Shown here piece by piece: positions 52,774-64,000 of a DNA stretch of 64,000 nt. Every line of letters starts with the position of its first letter. The stretch's first letter is position 1. The position numbers and the translations under genes were made by a program. The notes under the pieces were generated by a model that was not told the origin of the DNA, did no database searches, and saw only the letters and a list, made by a program, of their open reading frames with translations. This stretch comes from Hydrolagus affinis. Its lineage: Eukaryota. The stretch covers positions 1 to 64,000 of the forward strand of contig JAAILG010001457.1 in NCBI GenBank assembly GCA_012026655.1, written 5' to 3'.

Positions 52774-53760
52774 CAGTAAAAGGTTTGTTATCCGGCACCC
52801 TTGGGACCTGACGAGTGCCAATTAATCAAATATGCCAGATATTCAAGCGGCAAGTTACCGAAAATCCTATACAAAAATGTACTTATTTTAAAACATACCA
52901 TTGCATTCCAGCAACTAGATCTCATAGCAGAACCTCTGTGAAATCACTAAGTTCCTCAGAAATATAGGGAAAATACAAATTACTTATTTTTCAGATAATT
53001 CATTGTTTTATTCCATGCTTTCATTGTTTTGTTTATCATTGCACCAAACCTCCATATGGAGATCTGGAGTTCCTGCAATAGAAGGAAACAAAACCTTCCA
53101 GGAAGCACCCATACTAGTATCCATCTAGTTTCTGCAATTTTCATCATTAGAAACAACATGTCAAATATATCTTGAAACTAATCTTGTCTGAGAACTTAGA
53201 TGACAAACAAACCCACTTGCCATTCCCTGTTCCTCTTTTGAACATGCTATCTCTAATCCTTTCTAATTGATGAGAGGAGTTGGCATTTGATCGCTTGTCA
53301 AAAGGAAGACAACTGAGGAGATTTTGATGTTTTGATCCAGAATTAATGAATATTTTCCATATGCTTCCAAAAAGTAGAAAGGCAGTGGGGAATTAACGTG
53401 GTTGAGACTAGTTTAAATTAGTTGATGACTGCAATAGGTTTTCCTGCCATGTGCAATCCCAATTTTTTCTGTAATTCTAGGATTTCAGATAAATTCTGGA
53501 ATTTCCAATTTCACCCGAATCAGAATTTGCGGCTGAATCAAAACCCAATTGAATAAAAACATCCATTATTGTACATATCCGTTGGATCCATTCGATAGGA
53601 CAAATGGCTCTTTTTTGTACAATTGTTTCCTTTTTTTCTTGTCTTCTACCCACCAGACAAAACACACCCAATTTCCAAAACAGGAAATAAGTATATGAAT
53701 CAGGTCATCTCTTTTAATTGGAATGTTTCTTGCTTTCACTTGACTTGGATGGCATTGAAC
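52774..53760 (-). mobile_element. decayed Tigger/pogo-like DNA transposon
   Basis: TA-CAGTAAAAGGTTTGTTATCCGGCACC terminus; minus-strand QVKARNIPI..DLI and FVLSNG/WIQR resemble the CENP-B-type HTH of pogo transposases. Confidence 0.55.
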
Positions 53761-54502
53761 TGCATGTTGGAGAACAATAACATAATTAAACATAGCTGTT
53801 ATAATGATACCACATGTACAAAAATAGCATTTGCTTTACAATCTAATATCATGAAGGAATGAATCAACCTTAGCAGCAGGAGCTTTCAAATATTTACTTG
53901 GAAAAATAGGTTTGATTTAGAATAATGTAATGATGAACTCAATTTCGTACTTGAGTTGGTGTTCACATACAATACTTTTCTGACATAAGGTATGCAAACT
54001 TTTAATCTGATGGATGGTGAAATGAAATTGATTGTAGTATATTCCTTGATCTTTGATAATGATAAAAATGTAGTTGTTATGTGATAAATAACCAACATTT
54101 GACCCAGGATGATTATACAACAACAACAAAATAATGTTTGTATGGCGCCTTTCACGTAGAGAGAATGTCCCAAGGCACTTATAGTTTAGTATCTGCCCCA
54201 GAAACAAACTCCCAGCACTGCCTAGAGCCTTTTGTGAAGTTTATGGTTCTATCTTTTGACTCATGAATCAGATTCATGATTAAAAACTATATTAATATAT
54301 TATTGTATTACTATTTGGTTTAAATTCTCTAGTCAATTTTCACTTACATCAAAAATACTAGCTGGTCTAGAATGACAAAAAATATAAATCTACGATGGTA
54401 TATTGCTGTATTTGATAAGAAGGAAGGGAAGAAATTGTTTACCTTCTTAACAATCAAAGATGGATACTACCAGGAATATAAATAATTAAACTGCAGGTCT
54501 TA

Positions 54503-54585
54503 TCATAGAATCATAGTATGAAAGAATGTTATGGTACAGAAGGAGGCCATTCGGCCCATCGGGTCTGTGCCGGCTCTTTGACCGA
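54503..54585 (-). mobile_element. CR1 3' end
   Basis: catagaatcatag...ggaggccattcggcccatc. Confidence 0.85.
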
Positions 54586-56761
54586 GCATTTCTTCAACCT
54601 CCCAAAGTGCAAGTTACTTGAATGTCAAAGCTATTTAAAGATTAATTCAGCTGAAGTTTCAATTTTAAAACAGAAGCATTTATTAAAGATGACTGACAGA
54701 GGAGAGAGGCTAACTTTATTAGTTACAGACCATTTAATCATTATTTTAATCACTGAAAGTTGTGGGTAGGGGGGAAATAATTACCATGCTTGAACTAAGC
54801 CAGTAGGAATTAAATGAATTGATCCCTGTGCTCATGCAACAGACAACAGATGAAGATGTAGGCAGCTCATCTATGTCTGTAACAACCAAGCTCTAAGGTA
54901 TTGCAAAATAGTTTTGAAAGAATTTATGTGCCTGCCAGTTCTTTGAAATAATTTGCAGTGACTATAAGATCAGAAAACTTCTGAGATATGGGGCTAACTG
55001 ATGCTGTGGAACTGGGAAAATGAAAAGAAAAAGTATTAGCTGTGATCTGACAGATGCATCCCTATTATCTCATAATGTTCCCATGAAGGCTAACTCTAAC
55101 ATCTATTCCACAACAATTTTTTTTGCACGTCATCTGCTTCCAATAATTTATCAGCCGGAGGTTCTTCGTATGGTCCAGAAATCTCATCTTGCTTCTATTT
55201 TTGAGACAATCACTCTTATTTGAAGAATGAAGAGGTCAGCAACTCATCTGTATGGATTAAAGAACAAAACATTGCTTTTCATAACAGTGCCGATAAACCA
55301 AATAGCTATGAAGAAAACAACTAAGAAGTTCAAACAAAAAACCAAATTACTGCATATACATAAACCAGCAGAAAATGCTCATTAAATATATCAAATCTAT
55401 TTAATATGTTTTCAGAAAAATGCACTGATTGTTATGATAACTGATTATCAGAACTCTGTTTCTAGTGGTTGAAATGTTGCACCTGAAATTAAATATTTAT
55501 AGTCAACAAATAGTTTGAGTACTGTTACTGCCAATGTGATTTTGAGTATATTTGTACTGCCTTCATGAGCCAACACTTTGAGTCATGTTCAGCTGCCTGC
55601 CTCCTGTGAGCACTACAAGGAAAGAGACTTAAATAAGTCAAGTGGTTCACTTCTGGCATTTTAGCATATTGAATCCACTTATTACAGGTGGATTCTGCAT
55701 GCTTGTCCTCTTTTTCTGCCAGTGGAAGCAATGATCTGGGAGTAGAATATTCTGTACTTTAGCTTAGATGATATAATGAAAGAAAACATTTATTGTGGTG
55801 GAACCCAATCGATTTATAAACTGTGACTGGCCCCACAGGACTTTGAGCAAAGCACAATTAATACCACAGACAAATTTTTTTGTGTGTTTTCAATCATTAT
55901 TGACACTACAAGGAATTTAAATGCTGCAGCTCAGATTTGGCTGACATTTTATATGAGGAACGCTTGATTAGCTTTATACTATAAAAAGTACAGCGAAAAA
56001 TTTAAGATTTTAACTTTTTATGCCTTCAATGTTTTAGATAGCAGAATGAGGAAAACAAAACTTCACACTAAACATTCCTTGCAATTTGTTCTTCAAATAT
56101 AGTTTTTTCCTCGTACTTTGATCATGAATTACAGAATTTAGTCAAGTGCTTTGATATGTCCTCCTGATGTGAAAATGTGCTTTATCAAATACACAGATGT
56201 TGATATTGTTACTACTTAACGATTCCTGAAAAACTGATTTGGAAGGGTTACGTTTTTGTTGTGATAAAATTTGTCATTATTTTGGTGACATAAATTACCT
56301 AAATGTTTTTTGGGGTGACAGTACAGGGTGAAATTTGTCTATTGAAGTTGTTCCCAACTGTGGAGTGAGAAATTATGAAACAGAATGGCTGAGCAATATA
56401 GCTCTAAGGCTCTGTAACAGTGCTGGAAAGGGAATTATTGCCTCATAAAATGGAGTTGAGAAAAGGGAGAAGCAAAAAAGTAGAGCAGACAGTAAGAATA
56501 TAAAAAGACAAATTGAGAAAAAGCAGGAGGGACTTCTCTCAACTGTCTCTTTCTGCTTTGTCACAATACAGTCAGTGTGCTGACAATGAATAAAGCTTTG
56601 CTAAGAAAGCTTAAAATGTGTGTGGAATTTTCAGTGAATTCCATATCATCAAACACATCAAATCGGTTTTCCAATTTGAATGCAAAAGTCAAGGGAGTAA
56701 TAGACAGTTTCAAGAATTGTGTTGAATATTTTTCTGTCTTTGCTAACCTCTTCTAATTGAA

Positions 56762-56779
56762 AGAGAGAGAGAGAGAGAG
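56762..56779. repeat. (AG)n microsatellite
   Basis: direct reading. Confidence 0.95.
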
Positions 56780-57229
56780 TGCAAAAGATGGCATAACTTG
56801 GGAATGTTCATTCAACTAAGCTTTTGTTTTCTAATGCACCATTGACTACCATTAAATAACAGTAAGCAAGCACCACCACATGATTGTTTTCTGTCTATAT
56901 AGTGCCAAAAGATTTCACCTATGACCAATGTACCAATTCTATACTGTCAATTCACTTTACAATATATTCGATGAAGTACTTTCAGAAGTCTTGTAGACAT
57001 GTGCAAGAATTATTATTATTAATTTTTGTCGCAGTTAATAATTCTGGGAATAAGGCAGAGCAGTGAAATTGAACGAACACCTTGTTATGAGCACAGATAA
57101 AGACTTGATGGACCCATTGGACTCCTTCTGTTATGTAAATGTCTATGATTTTATTTTATAATTTGCAAACCATGCTTGGCTTGAAATGTTGTTAAATATG
57201 ACAAGAGTTTTCTCATACCCCACTGACAG

Positions 57230-57580
57230 TGATCAATACACTGCTTGAGCAGGTGATGCTGTTCATAAAACAACTGTTTTGTTGCCTCTGGATGTGAGTT
57301 AGAATCCAACCCAGTCTGATGAAAATCTCCATTCTCTGTTGGTTGTTCACAAAATGGGTTTAGGCACTTAGTTTTGTTCCTAGTCGGCAGGAGTCCATGA
57401 AACAAAACTGTCCATAATTTAGCACTAATTGGTATTTGGCAGTCTACAAGGATAGCTGGTATGAGTAACAGAACATTTTCCACTAATATAATATTGAATG
57501 CTCTTCTGAGGTTGCCTTAAGGCAAATTATTATGGTTGAGTGCAGGAACTATCCTGTATATTGCTTATATTCATTGGTAT
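57230..57580 (+). mobile_element. LF-SINE-like ancient SINE
   Basis: core 57351-57445 aaatgggtt...gttcctagtcggcaggagtcca..acaaaac...gcactaattgg...ttggcagtct parallels the LF-SINE consensus as I recall it; B-box remnant gttagaatcc upstream. Confidence 0.7.
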
Positions 57581-58039
57581 TTAGATACTTTGATAATATC
57601 AATAGGTATCATAGGGGAAAGTCTTCTATTGCGTCTGTCAATGTTCCAGCTGAAGAAAATGGTCAGGGACTATTGTCAGTCGGTCCTGAGATACAATGGT
57701 GTCTAATGTAAATTGCTTGGTAAATGCAGCATTCTTTTCACTAAGTCTTTATAATTAGCTGACAGGTTACAGTGATTTAGTGGAAAAGGTTCTTCAATTT
57801 ATTAATCAGGATGTGTTAATCCCAGTATCAACAATACATTGCAAAATAGATTTTTTTTTTTTTAAATCTCATGTATGTGATGAATAAATATTGATAAAAC
57901 TAGAAAAAGCACGGATAAAGAGGAGGGTCTTCATGTGCATTCTTGAAATAGGCAAGGAAGTGAGTGAGTGATGAAGGGGGACTGTGGGATGGAGTTCCAG
58001 AGAGAATTCACAGATTGCTGCCAATTAGATTGTTTTTAT

Positions 58040-58192
58040 TAGATTTCTTGTGGATAAAGGGATTAAGGGATATGGGGATACGGTGGGCCGGTGGAGTTAG
58101 ATTAGAAGAACAACCATGATCTTGTTGAATGGCGGGGCAGGCTCAAGGGCGTGAATGCTCTACTCCTGCTCCTTATTCTTATATTCTTATAT
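58040..58192 (+). mobile_element. CR1 3' end (second subfamily)
   Basis: agggattaagggatatgggg...ccatgatcttgttgaatggcggggcaggctcaagggc..ctactcctgctcct, ATTCTTAT repeats. Confidence 0.85.
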
Positions 58193-58631
58193 CCTAATTC
58201 ATGAGGGGAGCCTACTGAAAAGTTTCCTGAAATTACTTCAATAAAATTTGCCCAAATTGGCTGGGTTGAATACTGTACCAAGTTTGCTTTCATCAGTCAT
58301 AGTCATTGCAGTTGCACATGGAATTACATATTTGATATTACGTTATAGTTTTGAATAGAAGAAAGCCACATGATGTTAACCAATGTAAGCACAATTTCAG
58401 AATATGTGAGCTTATGTTACAATGAATGAAAATTGCAACGAGTATCTCTTTTAGCCATCCTCCTGATGTGAATGTAGCTACAAAATGTCAATTATATTGG
58501 AATGCAGTACATTGCATTGCACTGTATTCCATCTTCAACCCAAAATTTAGATCAAAAGCTACAACAAAGAGGCTGCTGCCATTAACCTTGTGATGAGAAA
58601 AACTTTGTCACACAGTAGCCGAAATGTAGTT

Positions 58632-58895
58632 CGCTATCCAAATGTAATTTTGTTGTTGTTGATAGTCAACATTTCCTCCCATTATGATGCTCAGATGTAG
58701 AATTGGGAATCTTGGGCCTCTTTGAGCAATAGATTTTAGAATGCTTAGACGTCATAAAAACAAGCCATTAAAAGACGCGTAGACTGACTGCCTGATGAGA
58801 CAAAGGGAGATTAATAAAGGCTATAACTGATCTTCTGTGCAGTAAATGATTCATCTCATCATAATCATGACATTTGGGTGTCTGGTGCAAAAAGT
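58632..58895 (+). repeat. 264-bp exact direct duplication, copy 1
   Basis: identical base for base to 59878-60141. Confidence 0.97.
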
Positions 58896-59000
58896 TCATC
58901 TACATGGGGAATATTTTCTCACAATGCCTTTAACTATCAATTCATAAAGCACGTTATCATAATTGTAACGTTTTAATGGGTTGTTTGTTCATCATTTCCC

Positions 59001-59069
59001 AGCGCCTTGGGACGTCCTCCCGACGTGAAAGGCGCTCTATAAATGTAATTTGTTGTTGTTGTTGTTGTT
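59001..59069 (+). mobile_element. minimal L2 tail insertion (stem-loop plus (TTG)n)
   Basis: AGCGCCTT-ggg-ACGTC-ctccc-GACGT-ga-AAGGCGCT, then tail. Confidence 0.88.
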
Positions 59070-59418
59070 CTCACCAAAGACAATTGTAAAAGGAGGAGAA
59101 AAAGTAATGAACAACAGGCTGTTTGATAATTGCTTTCTTACAAACAAATCTCATCAGATATTTTCCTTTATATACTTCATGCTGACTAGATTATAATAAT
59201 AATTACAGATAATGGCTTCATCTCTGAAAAATAACTTAACACTATTCCTTGAAAAAAAATTACTTTGTAAATTCATACTCAAAGTTTGCAAAATAAATAT
59301 CAGCAGACTCTTTTTTCTAGTTTTGGGGGCTAAATTCAGCCCAGCAGGCTCTTCCACAAAAATAAGAATGAGAGGTGAGGGACCTCTAAGCCATCGCCTC
59401 TCCAAAGACATTAACTAT

Positions 59419-59740
59419 GGAGTCCTGTAGCTCAGTGGTTAGAGCACTCGCTTAGCAAGAGAAAGACCTGGGTTTGATTGCAGGCAGGGTGAAACCTTGG
59501 GCAAATTTCCTTACTCAACATGACAGATAATAATCTCTCATGAAAAATAAATAAATAAATTGGTCACTTCAATCCATGAATGGTGGTGAGACACTGTTGT
59601 TTACAATTGGCTGCAGCATTTTGCCCACAAATATACAGGCAATTTGCTTTACAGAGTATTCTGTGAAGCACTTCGATACATCCAAATGATGTCGAAAGTG
59701 CTTTATCAAATGTAAGGATGATTATTATTATTAATATTAT
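59419..59740 (+). mobile_element. full-length tRNA-derived SINE
   Basis: GGAGTCCTGTAGCTCAGTGGTTAGAGC (A box), GGTTTGATT (B-box remnant), L2-type tail, (TTA)n. Confidence 0.92.
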
Positions 59741-59877
59741 TCTTATTAGAAGTTCTTCTGACCTGGTATCTGCATTTCCAGTGTAGTAAAACCAGAAATG
59801 ACTTGATAGAGTTCAAGAGGGATTGTGCATCACTTTCTGATTGTCATCGCCTTGGGAAGTCCTCCTGGCGTGAAAAA

Positions 59878-60141
59878 CGCTATCCAAATGTAATTTTGTT
59901 GTTGTTGATAGTCAACATTTCCTCCCATTATGATGCTCAGATGTAGAATTGGGAATCTTGGGCCTCTTTGAGCAATAGATTTTAGAATGCTTAGACGTCA
60001 TAAAAACAAGCCATTAAAAGACGCGTAGACTGACTGCCTGATGAGACAAAGGGAGATTAATAAAGGCTATAACTGATCTTCTGTGCAGTAAATGATTCAT
60101 CTCATCATAATCATGACATTTGGGTGTCTGGTGCAAAAAGT
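59878..60141 (+). repeat. 264-bp exact direct duplication, copy 2
   Basis: identical to 58632-58895; continuous with the L2 stem-loop starting at ~59847. Confidence 0.97.
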
Positions 60142-60200
60142 AGATACTTTAGAGCAGAAGGAGAACTCGGTAGCAGTATATAATAATCCTTGCAATTGAT

Positions 60201-60806
60201 ACAACACAAAAACAAAATTACATTTATATAGTGCTGTTCATGGCGGAAGGACATCCCAAGGTGCTGGACAGTCAATGCTTCAGACCCGAGCTGGGGCCGG
60301 GATCGGGGAGGGTGGAGGGAAAGGAGAGGATTTGGGGTGTACGATGGGACCATCGAAGAGGAGAGTCTGCAGCGGTACTTAAAGGAGGCTAAGGAGGAAG
60401 TGAGGTGGGGGAGATTGCAGGATGGAATTCCAGATGTTAGGGGTAGAGTGGTGTGGAGGGTGGGAGTGGGGGCAGACCTGGGCTGGTGTGGGGCCCACAG
60501 GTTCCGATCATCTGTGAGCCGCACCAGATGCTGATCCCGATTGCGATTGTCAACCACAGGACCCGTTTAAGGCATCAAGTCCCAAAGTCTCCATTCCCAT
60601 CCTGGCTCCCGAATCGCAGGAGGCCTCGAACCCATGGACTCACAAATCCAATTATCTGCAGTTGATTCCAATTGCTAGGTCACAAAAACACATTTTTTTG
60701 TGATCGCTCTCGAGGAGCTCCTGGTGAGATCAGCCACCCATCCGCCACCATGGTTTGAGCAGAGGAGCGAGCTGACCCACTTGCAAGTCGCTCCAAACTG
60801 TAACTC
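60201..60806 (-). mobile_element. L2 3' end joined to a GC-rich unassigned segment, nested in a SINE tail
   Basis: L2 tail and UTR at 60201-~60470; SINE tail at 60180-60200 resumes at ~60880. Confidence 0.65.
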
Positions 60807-62189
60807 TTCTGCCTAGTCAACAACAACAAGTTGGATTTATATAGTGCCCTGCACACCGAACAGCGTCTCAGAGCCCTTAATCAGCCCCGTATCACATTGT
60901 TAGGAGCTTGAAGCGCTTTGCAGAATTTATTGTAAAATGTGTATTTTGTGGACAAAGAATGATAGGCAATGATGGGGTATGTTTGTGAGTGTGATTGTAT
61001 AAATTGCTTTTGATGTATAGTTTCAATAAGCAGCACATGTATATCTGCTACTTTTGACTCTGCTTATCATTGCACCACAGTATGGTATGGGAAGCTCTTC
61101 CAACTATCACTTAGAGAGCAATTTGAGTTTAAAATACGAAGTGCAAGATAACAATAAGAAGTTATTTCCCTTGGCGAAACAATGAGTGAAGTAATAGAAA
61201 CTATTTTATTTCTTTGAAAGTTAATACGTGCTAAGAATAATAATCATGAATAAAATCCATGAAGATTCCGAATGAAGAAATCTGAACATAATGATTCCAG
61301 AAGAAGAAGAAAATAATGAAAGCTTGTACTTGTCTGAGAACAAGGCAATGCCTGAGTCAGTTTATAATATAAATATATGATCACCCATACAAAATTAGCT
61401 GTAACTCGTCCTGGGTATTATGTAATAGGGACATGAAGTATAAAGTAGGAAATAAAGCTTATGGAACACGCTTGGAAATTCAATCAGTACACATCCTAAT
61501 GTTTCATTAAAAATTCAATTTAGAATCAAATCTTCTAACTCACATCTAATTTTAGATGAGAAAGACAATATACCCTTTCTTGCCTGAGAATGTCAGCTGT
61601 AGGCTGTGTTTCCACTATCCCCACAGAACCAGCTGCATCTGTTCCCTGGTGTTTGTGTAACAGTCTGTGAAACTCCTGCCAATTTTAGAGAGGCTTTGAA
61701 CAAACTTTATCATCAATACTTCAGGAAAACAAGAACAGTTAGCAAAGCCAACAAATTGCACCATTTAAAATAATATGCAAGATTCATGATGATAATATTT
61801 TCTTATGTGTATTTTATGCTGATTTTTCTGCTAAGATCTTGTGACAATTGCTTTCTTGCAATAAACACAAAATAGTAATTTCAGTTAGCGGGATATAAAC
61901 ACAATGCAACAGGATGGCATTTAGACTATTAAAGCACATTAAACAAAGAGGTCTCTTGAAGCAGAAGAGCACTCCATTCACATTATGTCATTTAGAGATG
62001 TAGATTTTCAATCTGGCAAAGATGTAACATTCATGACAGGCAGCTTGATAGCTTGTGGCTTTGGACAGATGGCAGGTACTGGTATAGCCCCCAGCTCAGT
62101 AATATTACTTACTGGTAACTTCAATAGGGCATCACATTGTCTAGTGATGGAAAGTACCTTGAACTCATCAGCAATCTATTGAAATATTT

Positions 62190-62330
62190 TAACAACAACA
62201 ACATAATTACACTTGTTTAGTGCCTTTAACGTCAAGAGGACAACCCAAGGTGCTGGACAGTCAATGTTTCAGACCGAAGTTCGGGTTGAGGACAGGGAGG
62301 GTGGAGGGAAAGGGGAGGATTTGGGATGAA
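62190..62330 (-). mobile_element. L2 3' tail fragment
   Basis: (AAC)n, stem-loop and UTR. Confidence 0.85.
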
Positions 62331-63700
62331 ATTAATTTATAGAGTGTCTTTTACGTCAGGAGGACGTCCCAAGGCGCTGAACAGTTAGGGACCCGAGCAG
62401 GGGGAGAAGGGTTATGGTAGGGACAGAGGGAAAGAGAGTAGGAAAGGGGGAGAGTTATGAGGGCAGCAGAAGGCATGGTCAAAGAGGAAGGTACTGTATT
62501 GAGACCAGTCTTGAAGGAGGAAAAGGAGGAAGCGATACAAAGGGATTGCGGGATGGAATTTCAGAGTGTGGGGGCAGAAAGGCTGAAAACCCAGCCACCG
62601 ATGGTAGGGCGGTTCGGGCAGGGGACATGGAGCAGGCCAGAGACAGCTGAACGGAGAGGATGGGCAGGCTGATAGGAATACAGCAGGTCGGAGAGATAGG
62701 TGGGGGCAAGGCCGGCAATGGCCTTGAAAGTGAGGACGAGGATCTTGAATTCAATCTTCTTGGGATGGGGAGTCAGTGGAGACCGGCGAAGGTGGAAGTG
62801 ATGTGGTCGCAGAGCCTACTTCGGGAAAGTACATAAACTGCAAAGTGCTGAATAATCTGCAGTTTGTGAAGGGAGGACCTGGGAGTGGAGTTCAAAGTGG
62901 GAGTGGTGAGAGAAAGGAGTTAAGCTGGGAAGCAATGACTCATTCCAGCGACTTACAAAGGAATCGGAGGTTGCAGATGGGGCAGTAACTGGAGAGTAGG
63001 GATGGGTCCAGCGAAGGTTTTTTTTAGGATAGTGGTGATCACAGCTGTTTTTAGAGGGGTGGGAGCAGTGCCAGTGAATAGGGAGAAGTTGATGATGTCA
63101 GTCAGGAGGGGGCCTAGGACGTGGAGCTGGGAAATGAGGAGAGAGGTGTGGATGGGGTCAAGGGAGTAGGTAGTGGGTTTCATTTTCCAGATGAGAACAG
63201 AGGGGCGGAGGGAGAGATAGGGTCAAAGATGTGTAATGGGAGGTAGGAGGGGGTTTGATCATGATGGAGAGGTAATGGGAGGGGTGATAGTAGTGTATTG
63301 AGTAGAGGTGGGTGAATGGACCCCCTCAAATTTTGATTCGAGGAAGTCCAGCATCTCCTCACAGTTGGAGTTGGAAGATAGAATGGGTGAGGCATGGGGG
63401 TGTGGATGGAGGAGACAGTTTGTGGTGGAGTAGAGGAGCCTGGGGTTATCCATGGCCTCCAAGATTAACTTGGAGTGGAAGGAAGACTCCCCCAGGGGTG
63501 GAGACTGATGGACCTTGTGGCAAGAATGGGGGATGGGGCAGTCAGGGTGCATGCTGTCAGACAGCCTGCGGCATCTGCCATGGCGTGCGTGACGGAGAAC
63601 GTGAAGTGAGGAGCAGAGGGATTCTCTGGGATGGCACAGCAGGGATAGGAGTCGGGGCAGTCGGAGGGAGAGGAGGGTTAATCAGGAGTAGTGAACAGGA
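62331..63700 (-). mobile_element. L2 ORF2 fragment with the RT core deleted
   Basis: MKPTTYSLDPIHTSLL...IINFSLFTGTAPTPLKTAVIT.ILKK, DNPRLLYSTTN.LL; jumps to the post-RT C-terminus near 62885. Confidence 0.9.
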
Positions 63701-64000
63701 TCAGCTGATATAACACTGGCTTCAGCACTACAAACAATAATCAGTCAGCCCTCCACTTACATCTATCGTCCTCCAATAGAGGTCACCTAAATTAAGCCCC
63801 CGTCTTACAGCACTTTTTAAATAAGGTTTTCTCATTTCCATTACCTTCAGCTGGAAATGGATGCTTTAACCTTGTCTGTTGTATGTATGATTAATTCTCT
63901 TGACATTCAACTGGACTGTGTCAGGAGTTTCCCCATCTGGATAAATCAACCATGATTCCAGCTCACCGGTATTGGCTTTCAAGCAGATGTGCACCTTTTG

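Noticed and set aside
59419-59490. tRNA gene
   Set aside because: tRNA-like SINE head without a complete cloverleaf; continues into SINE body, as do the other copies
63851-63880. 30-nt micro-exon between ccttcag and gtatgt
   Set aside because: Splice-like signals are common by chance; peptide too short to assess

Overview
AT-rich vertebrate non-coding DNA (large intron or gene desert) with one 100-N assembly gap. The repeat set is CR1 LINE 3' ends with ATTCTATG tails, abundant L2 LINE fragments with (TTG)n tails, tRNA-headed SINEs with (TTA)n tails and Deu-domain SINEs. This points to a cartilaginous fish, possibly a chimaera (inference). I found no convincing host protein-coding gene. Nearly all ORFs in the track are decayed LINE ORF2 pieces, antisense readings of them, or low-complexity or chance ORFs. 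Best-supported notable items: (1) a clean 749-bp solo LTR (TGTT...AACA, 4-bp TSD) splitting a SINE; (2) an LF-SINE-like copy; (3) a covarying ~36-nt 3' stem-loop shared by two L2 tail types and the SINE, plus many minimal insertions truncated at its base; (4) a perfect 26-bp hairpin that looks like a template-switch mutation; (5) an exact 264-bp local duplication; (6) TA-flanked MITEs; (7) heavily decayed Gypsy integrase and Tigger transposase relics. I cannot support a novel gene system here. Family names come from recalled motifs, not database searches. Coordinates of old repeats are approximate (about +/-20-50 bp) unless termini are quoted.
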